From Eledone cirrhosa (lineage: Eukaryota), in contig OZ024740.1 in NCBI GenBank assembly GCA_964016885.1, positions 120,962,001 to 121,026,000 on the forward strand: a DNA stretch of 64,000 nt, read 5' to 3'. How positions within the stretch are numbered: the stretch's first letter is position 1; each line of letters begins with the position of its first letter. A program made the position numbers and the translations under genes. Under the pieces are notes generated by a model that saw only the letters and a program-made list of their open reading frames with translations, had not been told where the DNA came from and ran no database searches. Shown one piece after another: positions 1 through 11,492 of the stretch.

Positions 1-1456
1 GTTTTGGGGGGTCCGTATAGCTTTGGTCCACCCAATCCACCTTCCTATGGGAGTCTTTTTAGCCATTGAGGTTATGGTGGGGGGTCTACCTCTTATAGGT
101 CTACTAGGGCAGAAACATCTAAGGTCATGGCTGTCTAGGTAGTCAGTGTCGTAGGTAAGTCTAAGTAGGAGGCCCAGTTCGTCTGTGTCGACGTCGCAGA
201 ACTCCACCTCACTCTCAATGATCATCTCCACACATCTTTTCACAGCAAAATCAATGTTAATGGATGGGTACAGTGACACCACATCCATGCTGCCTATTAT
301 GCAGTTGGATAGGCTCCTGTTTTTGTTGCACTCACTGATTCTGCTGAGGAGGTCCTCTGTACTTTCACATACATCTGGGGACATCTTGATTATGGGGCGT
401 ATAACCATTGAGAGGAAGTAGGAGATCCTGTAGTTGCTAGCTATATTAGCTCCGCATACAGGTCTTGTTGGTGGTCCTATTGTCGGGTCGTCGACTGTCT
501 TGTGGTCTTTGCGGAGCCCATACAAGGGTGGTATGCCATTGTTAGACGCCTGGAAGTTGTTGGCAGTGCGTCTGCTTGGCTTTAGGATGTCAGTCCACAT
601 CATCATGTGAGCGTTGAGGATTTTTTCTCTCCCATCGTGTGTTAGTTGTGCAACTTCGCTCGTGTTGGTGATGTGGGGTTGCATTGCCTCGATGTAGTTC
701 GGCATGCTATCTATTGACATCCTACCAGACTTATCTGTGGGTAGACACACTACCTCACCATCCCTTGTGCGCTGCTTGAGGCTAACCAAGCCTTCTACAG
801 GTTTTATCCCAAGTTGTTGGGCCTCTGGTCTGCTCTGTCTCATAGTGTACCTGTCTACTACTTGTCTAATCTTATTTCTAGCTATGGTGAACTGTGCCTC
901 CGTCTCGTCATCTATTTGTTGTGGTATGCAAACTCTTTTATTAAAGGGTAACCTCGTAGGATAGATATTACCCATCTTATATGTTTTGTCAGCTGGGTTG
1001 AAAAATAGTTTCTCTAAGGGGTTGTCGTTATTTCTATCGTCATAGTTGTGTGTGTTGCTATTATTGTTATCATGGTGGTTGTAGTTGTTTCTATCCTTAG
1101 CATTAATATTATTATTGTTATGATTGCTAGATGTATTGTTGTTTACTTCACCGTTATTGTTGTTGTTACTGCTATTTCTACCATTGTGGTTGTTACTATT
1201 ATTATGTTTCTTGTTTTTGTTGATGTTGCTACATGTACTATTTCCATTATTACCACTGTGGTTATTGTTGTTGTTGTTGTTCGTATTGTTACCGTTATTA
1301 CTACTGTGGTCACTGTTGCTGTGTCTGTGGTTAACGTTTCTATTATTATTATTATTGTGGTTGTTGTTGTTCTGTCTATCGCTAGTATTATTACCATTAT
1401 CACTATTTCTCACTTTCCTGCCATTGTTATGGTTATGGCTGTTATTTCTATACCCA
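1..1456 (-). repeat. Inverted (fold-back) arm of Penelope-like element A1; reverse complement of 1998-3453, runs off the window start
   Basis: Base n pairs with 3454-n (1 gttttgggggg vs 3453; identical mirror ORFs 185..421/3033..3269 and 704..964/2490..2750); junction at 1455-1456 with CA microhomology. Confidence 0.97.
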
Positions 1457-1497
1457 AAACACAAGCTGAACGGCTAAAACACACAATAACAGTTAAT

Positions 1498-4400
1498 ATG
1501 AAAAGAACAACATACACAAAAGTCAACGCACTCTACAGACAAAAACGCATCAACGGTAAGGAAATCCGAAATCTCATCACAGCAAACGAGAGAGATGACT
1601 TCATGAGCGTCATCCGACGCGAAACGAAATATGCTCAAAACGAATGCTGTAGGCATTTCAAGAAGAAATTAGAATGGATGAATAAGAAAAAACTACAAGA
1701 AAGGAAAATCGAATATTCTCAAAAATACCCAGATAACATCGACAACATCCGTATGAGTGATGTAAAACTACCGGAAGAATTTACCAATGACCACACAGTA
1801 AATATCTATGGGAACACTTTAATCAGTGAACAAGAACAACAAATCCTAAAGTTACCACCAAAATTTGCCATCTACAAAAAGATTAATCCTATGGAATGCA
1901 AAACGGAGCTGGAAAAGTGTTTCACAAAAATACGTTGGAATGCAAAGGTAAACAACAACAACAATAATAACGGTAGTAGTAATATAAACAATAACTCTGG
2001 GTATAGAAATAACAGCCATAACCATAACAATGGCAGGAAAGTGAGAAATAGTGATAATGGTAATAATACTAGCGATAGACAGAACAACAACAACCACAAT
2101 AATAATAATAATAGAAACGTTAACCACAGACACAGCAACAGTGACCACAGTAGTAATAACGGTAACAATACGAACAACAACAACAACAATAACCACAGTG
2201 GTAATAATGGAAATAGTACATGTAGCAACATCAACAAAAACAAGAAACATAATAATAGTAACAACCACAATGGTAGAAATAGCAGTAACAACAACAATAA
2301 CGGTGAAGTAAACAACAATACATCTAGCAATCATAACAATAATAATATTAATGCTAAGGATAGAAACAACTACAACCACCATGATAACAATAATAGCAAC
2401 ACACACAACTATGACGATAGAAATAACGACAACCCCTTAGAGAAACTATTTTTCAACCCAGCTGACAAAACATATAAGATGGGTAATATCTATCCTACGA
2501 GGTTACCCTTTAATAAAAGAGTTTGCATACCACAACAAATAGATGACGAGACGGAGGCACAGTTCACCATAGCTAGAAATAAGATTAGACAAGTAGTAGA
2601 CAGGTACACTATGAGACAGAGCAGACCAGAGGCCCAACAACTTGGGATAAAACCTGTAGAAGGCTTGGTTAGCCTCAAGCAGCGCACAAGGGATGGTGAG
2701 GTAGTGTGTCTACCCACAGATAAGTCTGGTAGGATGTCAATAGATAGCATGCCGAACTACATCGAGGCAATGCAACCCCACATCACCAACACGAGCGAAG
2801 TTGCACAACTAACACACGATGGGAGAGAAAAAATCCTCAACGCTCACATGATGATGTGGACTGACATCCTAAAGCCAAGCAGACGCACTGCCAACAACTT
2901 CCAGGCGTCTAACAATGGCATACCACCCTTGTATGGGCTCCGCAAAGACCACAAGACAGTCGACGACCCGACAATAGGACCACCAACAAGACCTGTATGC
3001 GGAGCTAATATAGCTAGCAACTACAGGATCTCCTACTTCCTCTCAATGGTTATACGCCCCATAATCAAGATGTCCCCAGATGTATGTGAAAGTACAGAGG
3101 ACCTCCTCAGCAGAATCAGTGAGTGCAACAAAAACAGGAGCCTATCCAACTGCATAATAGGCAGCATGGATGTGGTGTCACTGTACCCATCCATTAACAT
3201 TGATTTTGCTGTGAAAAGATGTGTGGAGATGATCATTGAGAGTGAGGTGGAGTTCTGCGACGTCGACACAGACGAACTGGGCCTCCTACTTAGACTTACC
3301 TACGACACTGACTACCTAGACAGCCATGACCTTAGATGTTTCTGCCCTAGTAGACCTATAAGAGGTAGACCCCCCACCATAACCTCAATGGCTAAAAAGA
3401 CTCCCATAGGAAGGTGGATTGGGTGGACCAAAGCTATACGGACCCCCCAAAACACTGATCAGGTAAGAAAAATGGTCGCACATGCAATAGGGGCTAGTAT
3501 CAAAACTACCCTAAAGGGCCACATATTTAAGTTCAAGGAGAAAATCTACACCCAAAATGAGGGAGCAGCCATCGGCGTCAGCATAGCTGGCGATGTTGCC
3601 AACCTTTTCATGGTATGGTGGGAAAGGAGACTTAAAGATCTCCTTAATGAAAGCTCCATAGACCTCATCATGTACTCTCGTTATGTAGACGATATCAATA
3701 TAGTTATAAGAACACCCCCACTAGAGAGCACTAACAAGTTTGATTTAGAACGTAGCACGATGGAAAGCATCCAGCAGATAGCTAATTCCATACACCAGAG
3801 TATAACTGTAACTATAGACTTCCCTTCCAAACACCCTAACAATAGACTACCTGTATTAGACACAGAACTCTGGATTAACACTATAGACGAGAGAGCCCAA
3901 ATTCTCCACTCACACTATGCTAAACCCATGGCCTCCAAATACCTGATACTCAAAAACTCAGCAATGTCCAGTAGTGCTAAGTTTAATATTCTGATCGCAG
4001 ATTTGGTACGAGTGATGAAGAATGTGTCCCGCATGTGCGACCCAACAGAAATGGAAGGACACATCCAACACTTCATCAACCGCATGCAGTTCTCTGGCTA
4101 CAACCAAAGAGACAGAGTCAGAGTATACGAAGGAGCCATGGAAAAGTATAAGACCCTCATAGAACTGGACATGAAAGGAATTTGCCCACTATACAGGAGC
4201 AAATCATGGAATAGCTTAGATAGGGCTAGACATAAGATAGGGAAGGCCACATCATGGTACGACAACCAGAGATATCAGAGTGTCATGTTTGTGGACGCCA
4301 CCCCTGGAGGGAAATTAGCTAACCAGTGTAGAAAGGCCCTGAGAAAGACCCACTTAAAAATAAAGGTGGTAGAAAAGCCAGGAACCACCATAAAATCCCT

Positions 4401-4839
4401 GATCAGCAAAACCTACCCTTTTAAGAAAACCCACTGTACCAATAGGAAATGTATCATATGTAAGGTGAACCCCCGGATAAACTGTAAAACTAGAAACGTA
4501 GTCTATAGCATAAGATGTACAGAGGGTACTTGCAGAAACACGACAACAACATACATAGGTGAGACAGCTCGTAGCATAGGTGAAAGGATAGACCAACACT
4601 GGGGGGAACTAAAAGGACGAAAAAACGGGTCAGTACTATACGAACATGCTAGACAACATCATGACGGTAACATAGACAACATAGAAATTAGAATAATATC
4701 TAAACATAGGAATGACCCAGCAGATAGGCAAATCAGAGAGGCCAGTGAAATAGAAATTAGAAGACCAAAGCTAAACAGAAAGAATGAGTGGAACAACAAC
4801 AACACCCAAACAAACAACACTGACCTAAGAGAAGTATAA
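1498..4839 (+). CDS. PLE polyprotein: N-terminal domain, Asn-rich linker, reverse transcriptase, Cys linker, GIY-YIG endonuclease (native N-terminus missing; frame open upstream into the inverted arm)
   Basis: Motifs PTDKSG, LYGLRKDHK, RPVCG, SMDVVSLYPSI, QNEGAAIG, YSRYVDD, LPVLD, HCxxxxCxxC, NVVYSIRC...YIGETAR...R...H...RQIREA...LN. Confidence 0.93.
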   Translation: MKRTTYTKVNALYRQKRINGKEIRNLITANERDDFMSVIRRETKYAQNECCRHFKKKLEWMNKKKLQERKIEYSQKYPDNIDNIRMSDVKLPEEFTNDHTVNIYGNTLISEQEQQILKLPPKFAIYKKINPMECKTELEKCFTKIRWNAKVNNNNNNNGSSNINNNSGYRNNSHNHNNGRKVRNSDNGNNTSDRQNNNNHNNNNNRNVNHRHSNSDHSSNNGNNTNNNNNNNHSGNNGNSTCSNINKNKKHNNSNNHNGRNSSNNNNNGEVNNNTSSNHNNNNINAKDRNNYNHHDNNNSNTHNYDDRNNDNPLEKLFFNPADKTYKMGNIYPTRLPFNKRVCIPQQIDDETEAQFTIARNKIRQVVDRYTMRQSRPEAQQLGIKPVEGLVSLKQRTRDGEVVCLPTDKSGRMSIDSMPNYIEAMQPHITNTSEVAQLTHDGREKILNAHMMMWTDILKPSRRTANNFQASNNGIPPLYGLRKDHKTVDDPTIGPPTRPVCGANIASNYRISYFLSMVIRPIIKMSPDVCESTEDLLSRISECNKNRSLSNCIIGSMDVVSLYPSINIDFAVKRCVEMIIESEVEFCDVDTDELGLLLRLTYDTDYLDSHDLRCFCPSRPIRGRPPTITSMAKKTPIGRWIGWTKAIRTPQNTDQVRKMVAHAIGASIKTTLKGHIFKFKEKIYTQNEGAAIGVSIAGDVANLFMVWWERRLKDLLNESSIDLIMYSRYVDDINIVIRTPPLESTNKFDLERSTMESIQQIANSIHQSITVTIDFPSKHPNNRLPVLDTELWINTIDERAQILHSHYAKPMASKYLILKNSAMSSSAKFNILIADLVRVMKNVSRMCDPTEMEGHIQHFINRMQFSGYNQRDRVRVYEGAMEKYKTLIELDMKGICPLYRSKSWNSLDRARHKIGKATSWYDNQRYQSVMFVDATPGGKLANQCRKALRKTHLKIKVVEKPGTTIKSLISKTYPFKKTHCTNRKCIICKVNPRINCKTRNVVYSIRCTEGTCRNTTTTYIGETARSIGERIDQHWGELKGRKNGSVLYEHARQHHDGNIDNIEIRIISKHRNDPADRQIREASEIEIRRPKLNRKNEWNNNNTQTNNTDLREV

Positions 4840-5109
4840 ATAAATAAGTAAATTAAATAAAATAAAATAAGATAAATAAATACATACACAAGCACATAAA
4901 CACACACTAGTCACCCAGCAGACACAACACTATACACACTAGTCACACATCACACATAACACTATACACACACGCAAACGCATGCGCAAAGAAGACAAAA
5001 TAAAATAAGATAAACAAACAAGCAAATAAATAAATAAATATATAGACAGACTGAACAAAAAAAAAATGGCGTAGACATACAACACAACAGGAGGAACAAT
5101 GAATATAAC

Positions 5110-5150
5110 ACCACTGACGATGTTGCAGATGTGCAACGAAAGATTTATGT
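5110..5150 (+). ncRNA. Hammerhead ribozyme core in the pLTR of family A (degenerate 3' half)
   Basis: CTGACGA-t-GTTGCA-gatg-TGCAAC-GAAA; stem III and stem I eroded relative to the copies at 22911 and 27027. Confidence 0.6.
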
Positions 5151-5416
5151 AAACTATATATATATGTGTTTGTCTATATTGTATCTGTATTATTTTTGAC
5201 CGCCGGTCAGTCAATGGCAACATTGAGGACCGAGTAAGTTAGATCGCAGATATATATATATAAAAGACAGCGAGAAGCGAAAACCAACCAAACAGTGAGT
5301 GTGTTCTGTTATTAATTCTGGCAATATTACGCAAATATGACCCTCCCCAAATATAACAATATCTGTTTCGACACACGATTTCATATAAAAAACCTCGCAA
5401 AACTAATTCATCGCCG

Positions 5417-5490
<74 letters not shown>

Positions 5491-5493
<3 letters not shown>

Positions 5494-7436
5494 GGAACAA
5501 GTAAGACCCCGACGACATAGCTCAAGCCATTTCGACGGCTTATTCTGGACTGAATGAAAATTTATTCTGGTATTTAAATAGCCGAGCTTATCAAGGGGTA
5601 ATTCCATATATGGTCAATGAGATAATCACCAGGATTGGTAACATCACAAGTTAGTAGTAAATCTGTGATGGCAAATTAGTAGGGGAAGGGGTAGCTAAAC
5701 CTGCCGGTAGGAGAAAAAGGGAGAGGGGGTGGAGTAGACCCATTCATGCGTTGGTAGTGCCGGCTACAGCTGGGCGTGAGGTCAAAGAGGATACTGGGGA
5801 GGGAGAGGGGGAGGAAGTCGAAACGGTAAGTAGAACAATGAAAGGTAAAACTATAAAAAGTACTGAGAATGAAAAAAAAAATAAGCAAAGTCTGGTTACT
5901 AAGACTTAAGTCTCTCGCTATTGCTAGGCTAAAGAAATACATAAATAAATAAATAAATAAATGCATGAATAAAAGAATAGATAAATAAATAAAAAAAATA
6001 TAATAAAGAATAAAAAAAAAAAAAAAATAATAATAATAATAAAAAAATAGACTAGGTGGGACGGAAATAAAGGGACCCTTATAAGAGATATAAGTGCGTG
6101 TATCGTACGGTGACGAGTCAACAAAAGGGGGGCCAAAATACTAAAGAGACTACCACGATATAATAAAGGTTTCACCCCAATCACAGGGCCAGCAACCACC
6201 CAGTGCAAGAAAGTAAACTAGTACGAGAATATAATTCAGGGTCCCGAAAAAAATACTAATGCTAACACTAAGGGAACTCTAACCGCCACGAAACAAAAAA
6301 ACTTATACAAGCTACATGAAAGATCGTACGAAGTAAAAGTAAAGAACGGAAAATTAATAGAGAAACACCCCCCCCCCCCCAAAAAAAAAAAGAGAAAAAG
6401 AAGAAAGAAATACTGGATAAACGAGAAATTAAAGCAAAGATGGCACTAAGAAATATAGAAGGCACGGAAAAAAGGAACAGCGGTCGGAGAAAGGGGCAAG
6501 TATCCGAAGTCTAACACCTCTGCTATAAAAAGCGGAGTCAGCCAAATCTATCATAGAATCAGGGAGGGGGGTGGGGGTGCTGAAGCTACACGGGACCGAG
6601 GGGCTACCTCGGGTGGGCGAGAAAAAGACGACGACAAAGAAAAGGAACTGGGGTAGAAGGACTAGGAAGGGATGGGGGGAAGAAGGAAATATAGAGAAAG
6701 CGATAAAAGAATGTAAAAGAAGATCTTACGTCTCCATTGGCAAGCAGGGGTTACCCATTACAAAATAGGCAAGTGGGGTGTTATAGCCCTAGTCTACCCC
6801 TCGGGTCATTATGGGGTTTGAGTGCGAGGTAAGTCCTACGTAATCGGTGTTTACATGCAGTAACCAGTTCATCTTTCTTGTTTAGAAGTTGGTCCATCGA
6901 AAACAGCATTTGTAAAGTTTCCTCCGAGCATAAATTGCACGGACGGCGTCCTCCCCTGTAAGAGTTGGCTCTGGACAGTAATTTCCAAGTGAGATCATAG
7001 TTGATGTTGTCCTTGAGGTCCCATATGTGGCCCGAAAGTGTAGTGGCGTGAGGCCGGGCCGGGTTTCGGAATGTATGTCTGTGTTGGTATAGCCGGGTCT
7101 TGAAATCACATGCGGTTAATCCTATATAAGCTTTGTTGGAGATGTCCGTGCTCACGTTGCACTGGTAGATCACATTACGGTCTCTGAATCTGTTGTCGAG
7201 GGGGCAAATGGATCCATCAGGACAGTTGCACCTCCTGGTCGGCTCTCCACTGCTATTTAGGTTGTTTCTTCCATCGGGGTTGAGTTTTTTGTTGTTGGAG
7301 GAGACGATGTTTTGTGCGAAACGGCTTGAGCTCAGCCGTCGGGGTCTTACTTGTTCCTATTACCCACACTACTACCCAAAGTATTTAGTACTTTGGTACG
7401 TTATGGTCCACCTGGTTCCTTATCACATTTCCTTCG

Positions 7437-7440
<4 letters not shown>
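5491..7440 (-). mobile_element. PLE family E: 5'-truncated copy (GIY-YIG 3' end plus about 1.3 kb 3' UTR) with inverted tail 7317-7440
   Basis: GIY-YIG ORF 6781-7173; 5491-5534 is inverted at 7317-7360; flanked by (TA)n; UTR matches 59421-60510. Confidence 0.85.
6781..7173 (-). pseudogene. GIY-YIG endonuclease C-terminal fragment of a PLE
   Basis: IYQC...YIGLT...FKTRLYQH...TTLSGHIW...CNLC.EE...LLNKKDE...CKH. Confidence 0.88.
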
Positions 7441-7474
<34 letters not shown>

Positions 7475-7477
7475 TGT

Positions 7478-10400
7478 CTATCTATCTATCTAAGGCGGGT
7501 AAAATTCCCGAGATCCATGGACGAGTTCTCTCCAGCGGTCTCTGTCCCTCATTATCGCTGCCATGTCCTGCATCTCCAACAGACCAGTGTCTGTCCTTAG
7601 GGCATCAACATACGTTAACCTTGGTCTTCCTATTCTAGTGTGTCCATGTAGGGGCTCCCACAGGAGCACTGAGTGCAACGTCAACTCTGGATGTCGGTGA
7701 GCATGTCCAGCCAAACTCAGTCTCCTCTGTGTCACTTTTGAGCTGACTTTTGGGATACTCCCATACAGCTCTGAGTTTTTCACCCTCAGTGTATACTGAT
7801 TAATGTTCAGAGCCATCCTCAGCATTCTCGTGTACCACCCATCCACCATCTGAGTGAGTTTCTTTGTCAGTGTCCAAGTCTCAGAGCCATACAGCAGCAC
7901 AGACTCCACTACAGCAATGAAGTGACGGATTTTCAGGTCTCTACGAAGGTCCGACTTCCACACCGATCTCAAACTGTGGCACGCCGCCCAGGCCTTGCTC
8001 TTCCTCTCAAACACATCATCTTCCGTATTCCCAATCTTTGCTCCCAAATACAGGAAGTCCTCAACCAATTCCAGCGGCCTCCCGCGCCTACAGTAGTGAT
8101 CCCCTCTGGCTTCTCAACATTCTCTACGAGATATTTTGTTTTAGTCTCATTCATTCTCAGCCCCACACTCATCGACACAGTCTCAACCTCCCGCATCAAA
8201 TCCTCTGCCTCCTTCACTGTATTTGTCACCAAAACTATGTCGTCGGCAAATTCAGCATCCGATACCTTTTTCGCCCCAACTCTCCTGCTCTGAGCCGGTG
8301 CTACAGTAAAGCCAGAGTCCTGGTGTTTCTCCAGTGCAAGGCGCATACAATAGTCCACTACGATGACAAAAAGGTAGGAAGCCAATGTATCTCCCTGGAG
8401 CACTCCAGCCAGTATCTCAAAGAACTCTGTCATCCCATCAGGTGTAATGACTTGGGCTTTGGTGTTGGTGTAGAGCAGTGATATCAGGTCCACTATCTTC
8501 TTGGGGATTCCATAAGCCTGTAAGATCTTCATCAGGCAGTAACGCTCCACAGAATCAAAGGCCTTCCTAAAGTCAATGAAAACCATGACCGCAGGAAGGC
8601 ACTTTGCTCTAGCTCCCTCTAATATCCTCCTCAGCATCAGGATGTGACTGGTTGTTGATCTACCCTCTCTGAAGCCGTTCTGGTTGTCCCTGAGATTCTT
8701 CTCCATCTCAGGCTGGATCCTGTTAAGAATCATCCTGTTGAGGATCTTTGCCACAAGTGACGTCAGTGAGATCCCCCGGTAGTTGTTGGTGTTAGAGAGA
8801 TCTCCCTTCTTTGGCACTGGGACGATGTTACTGATCCTCCACTGATTCGGGGCAACTCCTTTCTCAAGTGCCCCGTTACAGAACTCCAGGATGATATCAT
8901 CAAAATCACACCTCTTCATCACCTCTGATTCCACTCCATCTTCTCCATGAGCCTTGCCCTCCTTGATCCTCTTCTTGGCTCTCTGAAGCTCATCTGTGGT
9001 GAAGGGCTCTGTCTCAACATCCAGTTCCTCAAACAGCCGCCTGTTCTCCCCAGTGCTCTGGGCTGTGGAGGGTGGCTCTCCTAGTAGGGTCCTAAAATGG
9101 TCTAGCCATTTCCTCTTCCTATCCTCGGGCCCCGTTCCCTGGATCTGACTCGAACACCTTCTCTTCCTCCCTGTGTTCTCGTTGATGATCATCCAGCTCT
9201 CCTTACATCCAGATCTGTCAACCGCTCTCTCCACACTTCTGATCTTCTCTATCAGTGCCTCCTCTCTGACCTTAGTGTAAGCGGTACAGAGCTCTTCCCT
9301 CATCACCTCCACAGTCTCCATCCTCTCCTCCGTAGGATCAGCATAGAATTGGTCCCTGGCAGCTTTCAGGTGTTCTCTGGCTGCACACACTTTTGGGTTT
9401 GCAGAGCTGACGTGCTTCCCTTTGTTCTTTTTCCTCGGCACCAGGGTTTCACTTGCTTCCGCCACTGCATTGGTGAAGTGCCCGTACCTCCTCGTCACAC
9501 TCTCCTCAGTCCATCCAATCTCTCTCTCCTCTGACTCTCCACACAGAGCACTAAACCTGTTTCACACCTCCACTGTGAACCTCTCCTGTAGCCCATCATC
9601 TTCCTTGAAAGCTCCCCAGTCATAGATTGTTCTCCGAGGCTGAGCCTTGCTCTTTCTTAAGCTCACGCGGACCTCACTCATAACAAGCCGGTGGTCACTA
9701 CCCAGTGTACTGAAATAGCTCTATGGTTCCATGTTCAGAACACTATTCCGCCACTTTTTCCTCACCAGAATGAAATCAATCTGGACTTGGACAGGTGCAT
9801 ATCTGAGATGTAGGTCCACATCTTCCCCAGATTCTTCCTAAACCTTAGGTTGGTCGCCATCAAGTTCGCCTCCAGCAGGGTGTCTCTCAGTAGTCTTCCA
9901 TTTCGGTTGGTGTTGTTATGGAAGTACCAGCAAGGATCTTCACTGCCCTCCTTACTCAGATGTGCATTGAAGTCCCCCAAAACAAGCAGGATATTGTGTA
10001 CCTGAGTGGTGTTGACAGCACTACACACCTCCTCATGGAACTCTTCCGCATTCACATCATTGTCCCCCTCGGTTGAACTATAGGCTGAGATGACTGTCAG
10101 TCTTGGGTTTACGTTGAAGGTTACCCTCAACACTCGCGAGGAGACAGGCATTATTTCCCTCACCAACAGATTGGTTTTTGCACTTAACACAAAACCCACT
10201 CCTCCTACTGCAGCATTTGTTGTGTTCTTCACTGCCGATGTAGTGATGAGCTGGCTCTTCCTCCCGATTATCACACTCCTCACGGGCTCATGTGTTCTTG
10301 GATCGCAAGTATCTGTATACTACTCTCCTCGAACAGATGTCCCAACTCCTCTCTCTTCTCTAGCGTCCAAATAGTCCTCACATTCAAAGTGCCCATTTTG

Positions 10401-10783
10401 ATGGCTCTTCTGCAGGACAAAACTGCATTCTTTATATTTGTCTCAGAGACAGCTGATCCATCATCCACTGGCCCTCTCTGTGGCTCTAAGCCAGCAGAGT
10501 CATAACGACCAGGCTGCTCCTTGACAGTGTAATTAGTGGCTCTAACCCTAGTGCTGTTAGATCGACTCTCCATATTTCTTTTCAATGGCTGACAATACCT
10601 TACCGGCGCCACTCGAATAAGGTAGTTATTTAACCCATAAATGAAGCCCTAACAGGTACTACCACCCCGGGCCAGGGCAGACCTGGGAGTCATGACAACT
10701 AAGGGGTAACTCCACATTCCCCACATCTCCTGAACTCCCGAACTGGAGCCTTGCCACTGGATGTAGTTTAATGTCCAGGACAG
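7478..10783 (-). mobile_element. Full-length RTE-like LINE (APE endonuclease + RT), frameshifted; 11-bp TSD ATATATACTGT; 3' (TAGA)n tail
   Basis: ORFs 10280-10612 (GTLNVRT), 9762-10283 (SAYS..GDFNA), 7969-9498 (NYRGISL, QNGFR, FIDFRKAFDS, GVLQGD, FADD), 7490-8068 (LLYGSETW); TSD at 7467-7477 and 10784-10794. Confidence 0.92.
7969..9498 (-). pseudogene. RTE-like reverse transcriptase (frameshifted segment)
   Basis: Non-LTR RT motifs PKKGD, NYRGISL, DFRKAFDS, QGD, FADD. Confidence 0.9.
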
Positions 10784-10790
10784 ATATATA

Positions 10791-10879
<89 letters not shown>

Positions 10880-10919
10880 TGTATACACACATATATATAT
10901 ATATATATATATACACTGT

Positions 10920-10967
<48 letters not shown>

Positions 10968-11004
10968 CAAGTAAGTATGTTTTGAAACAGTGAGCGAGTT
11001 TGAA

Positions 11005-11206
11005 ATTAGAAAATATATAGCTTTCACCGTATTTTTTACTAAAGGAATTTTAGCTTGATAACGGGGTTTAGAACCCTCAGATAAATGGAAAAAGATGAGT
11101 ATTGGCGTACAAGTACGTCAATACTCATCTTTTTCCATTTATCTGAGGGTTCTAAACCACGTTATCAAGCTAAAATTCCTTTAGTAAAAAATACGGTGAA
11201 AGCTAT

Positions 11207-11218
<12 letters not shown>
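11005..11218. repeat. Near-perfect hairpin, 106-bp arms with a 2-nt loop, between (TA)n tracts
   Basis: 11005-11110 is the reverse complement of 11113-11218, with about 2 mismatches. Confidence 0.95.
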
Positions 11219-11282
<64 letters not shown>

Positions 11283-11309
11283 GGTATATATATATATATA
11301 TATATACTG

Positions 11310-11403
<94 letters not shown>

Positions 11404-11492
11404 AGTATGTATACGCACATACATATATGTATACATACGTACAGTAGTATGTATATATATATACATGCATACACACATATATATATGTACGT

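Larger units (their letters stand above)
1455..5419 (+). mobile_element. Penelope-like retroelement family A, copy 1 (5'-truncated, open ORF, 3' pLTR/tail ending in (TA)n)
   Basis: RT + GIY-YIG ORF; 3' UTR with HHR core; tail re-entering the ORF start (ATGACCCTCCCC = MTLPK at about 5337); near-identical to 23382-27277. Confidence 0.95.

Noticed and set aside
1852-2406. Hydrophobic Val/Ile- and Leu-rich membrane-protein-like ORFs (also 1124-1477 and 23779-24338)
   Set aside because: Antisense shadows of the AAC/AAT-rich Asn linker
1498-4839. Selenoprotein-type PLE (in-frame TGA recoding is known in some Naiad elements)
   Set aside because: The ORF is open with no in-frame TGA; interruptions in copy 2 are frameshifts and TAG stops
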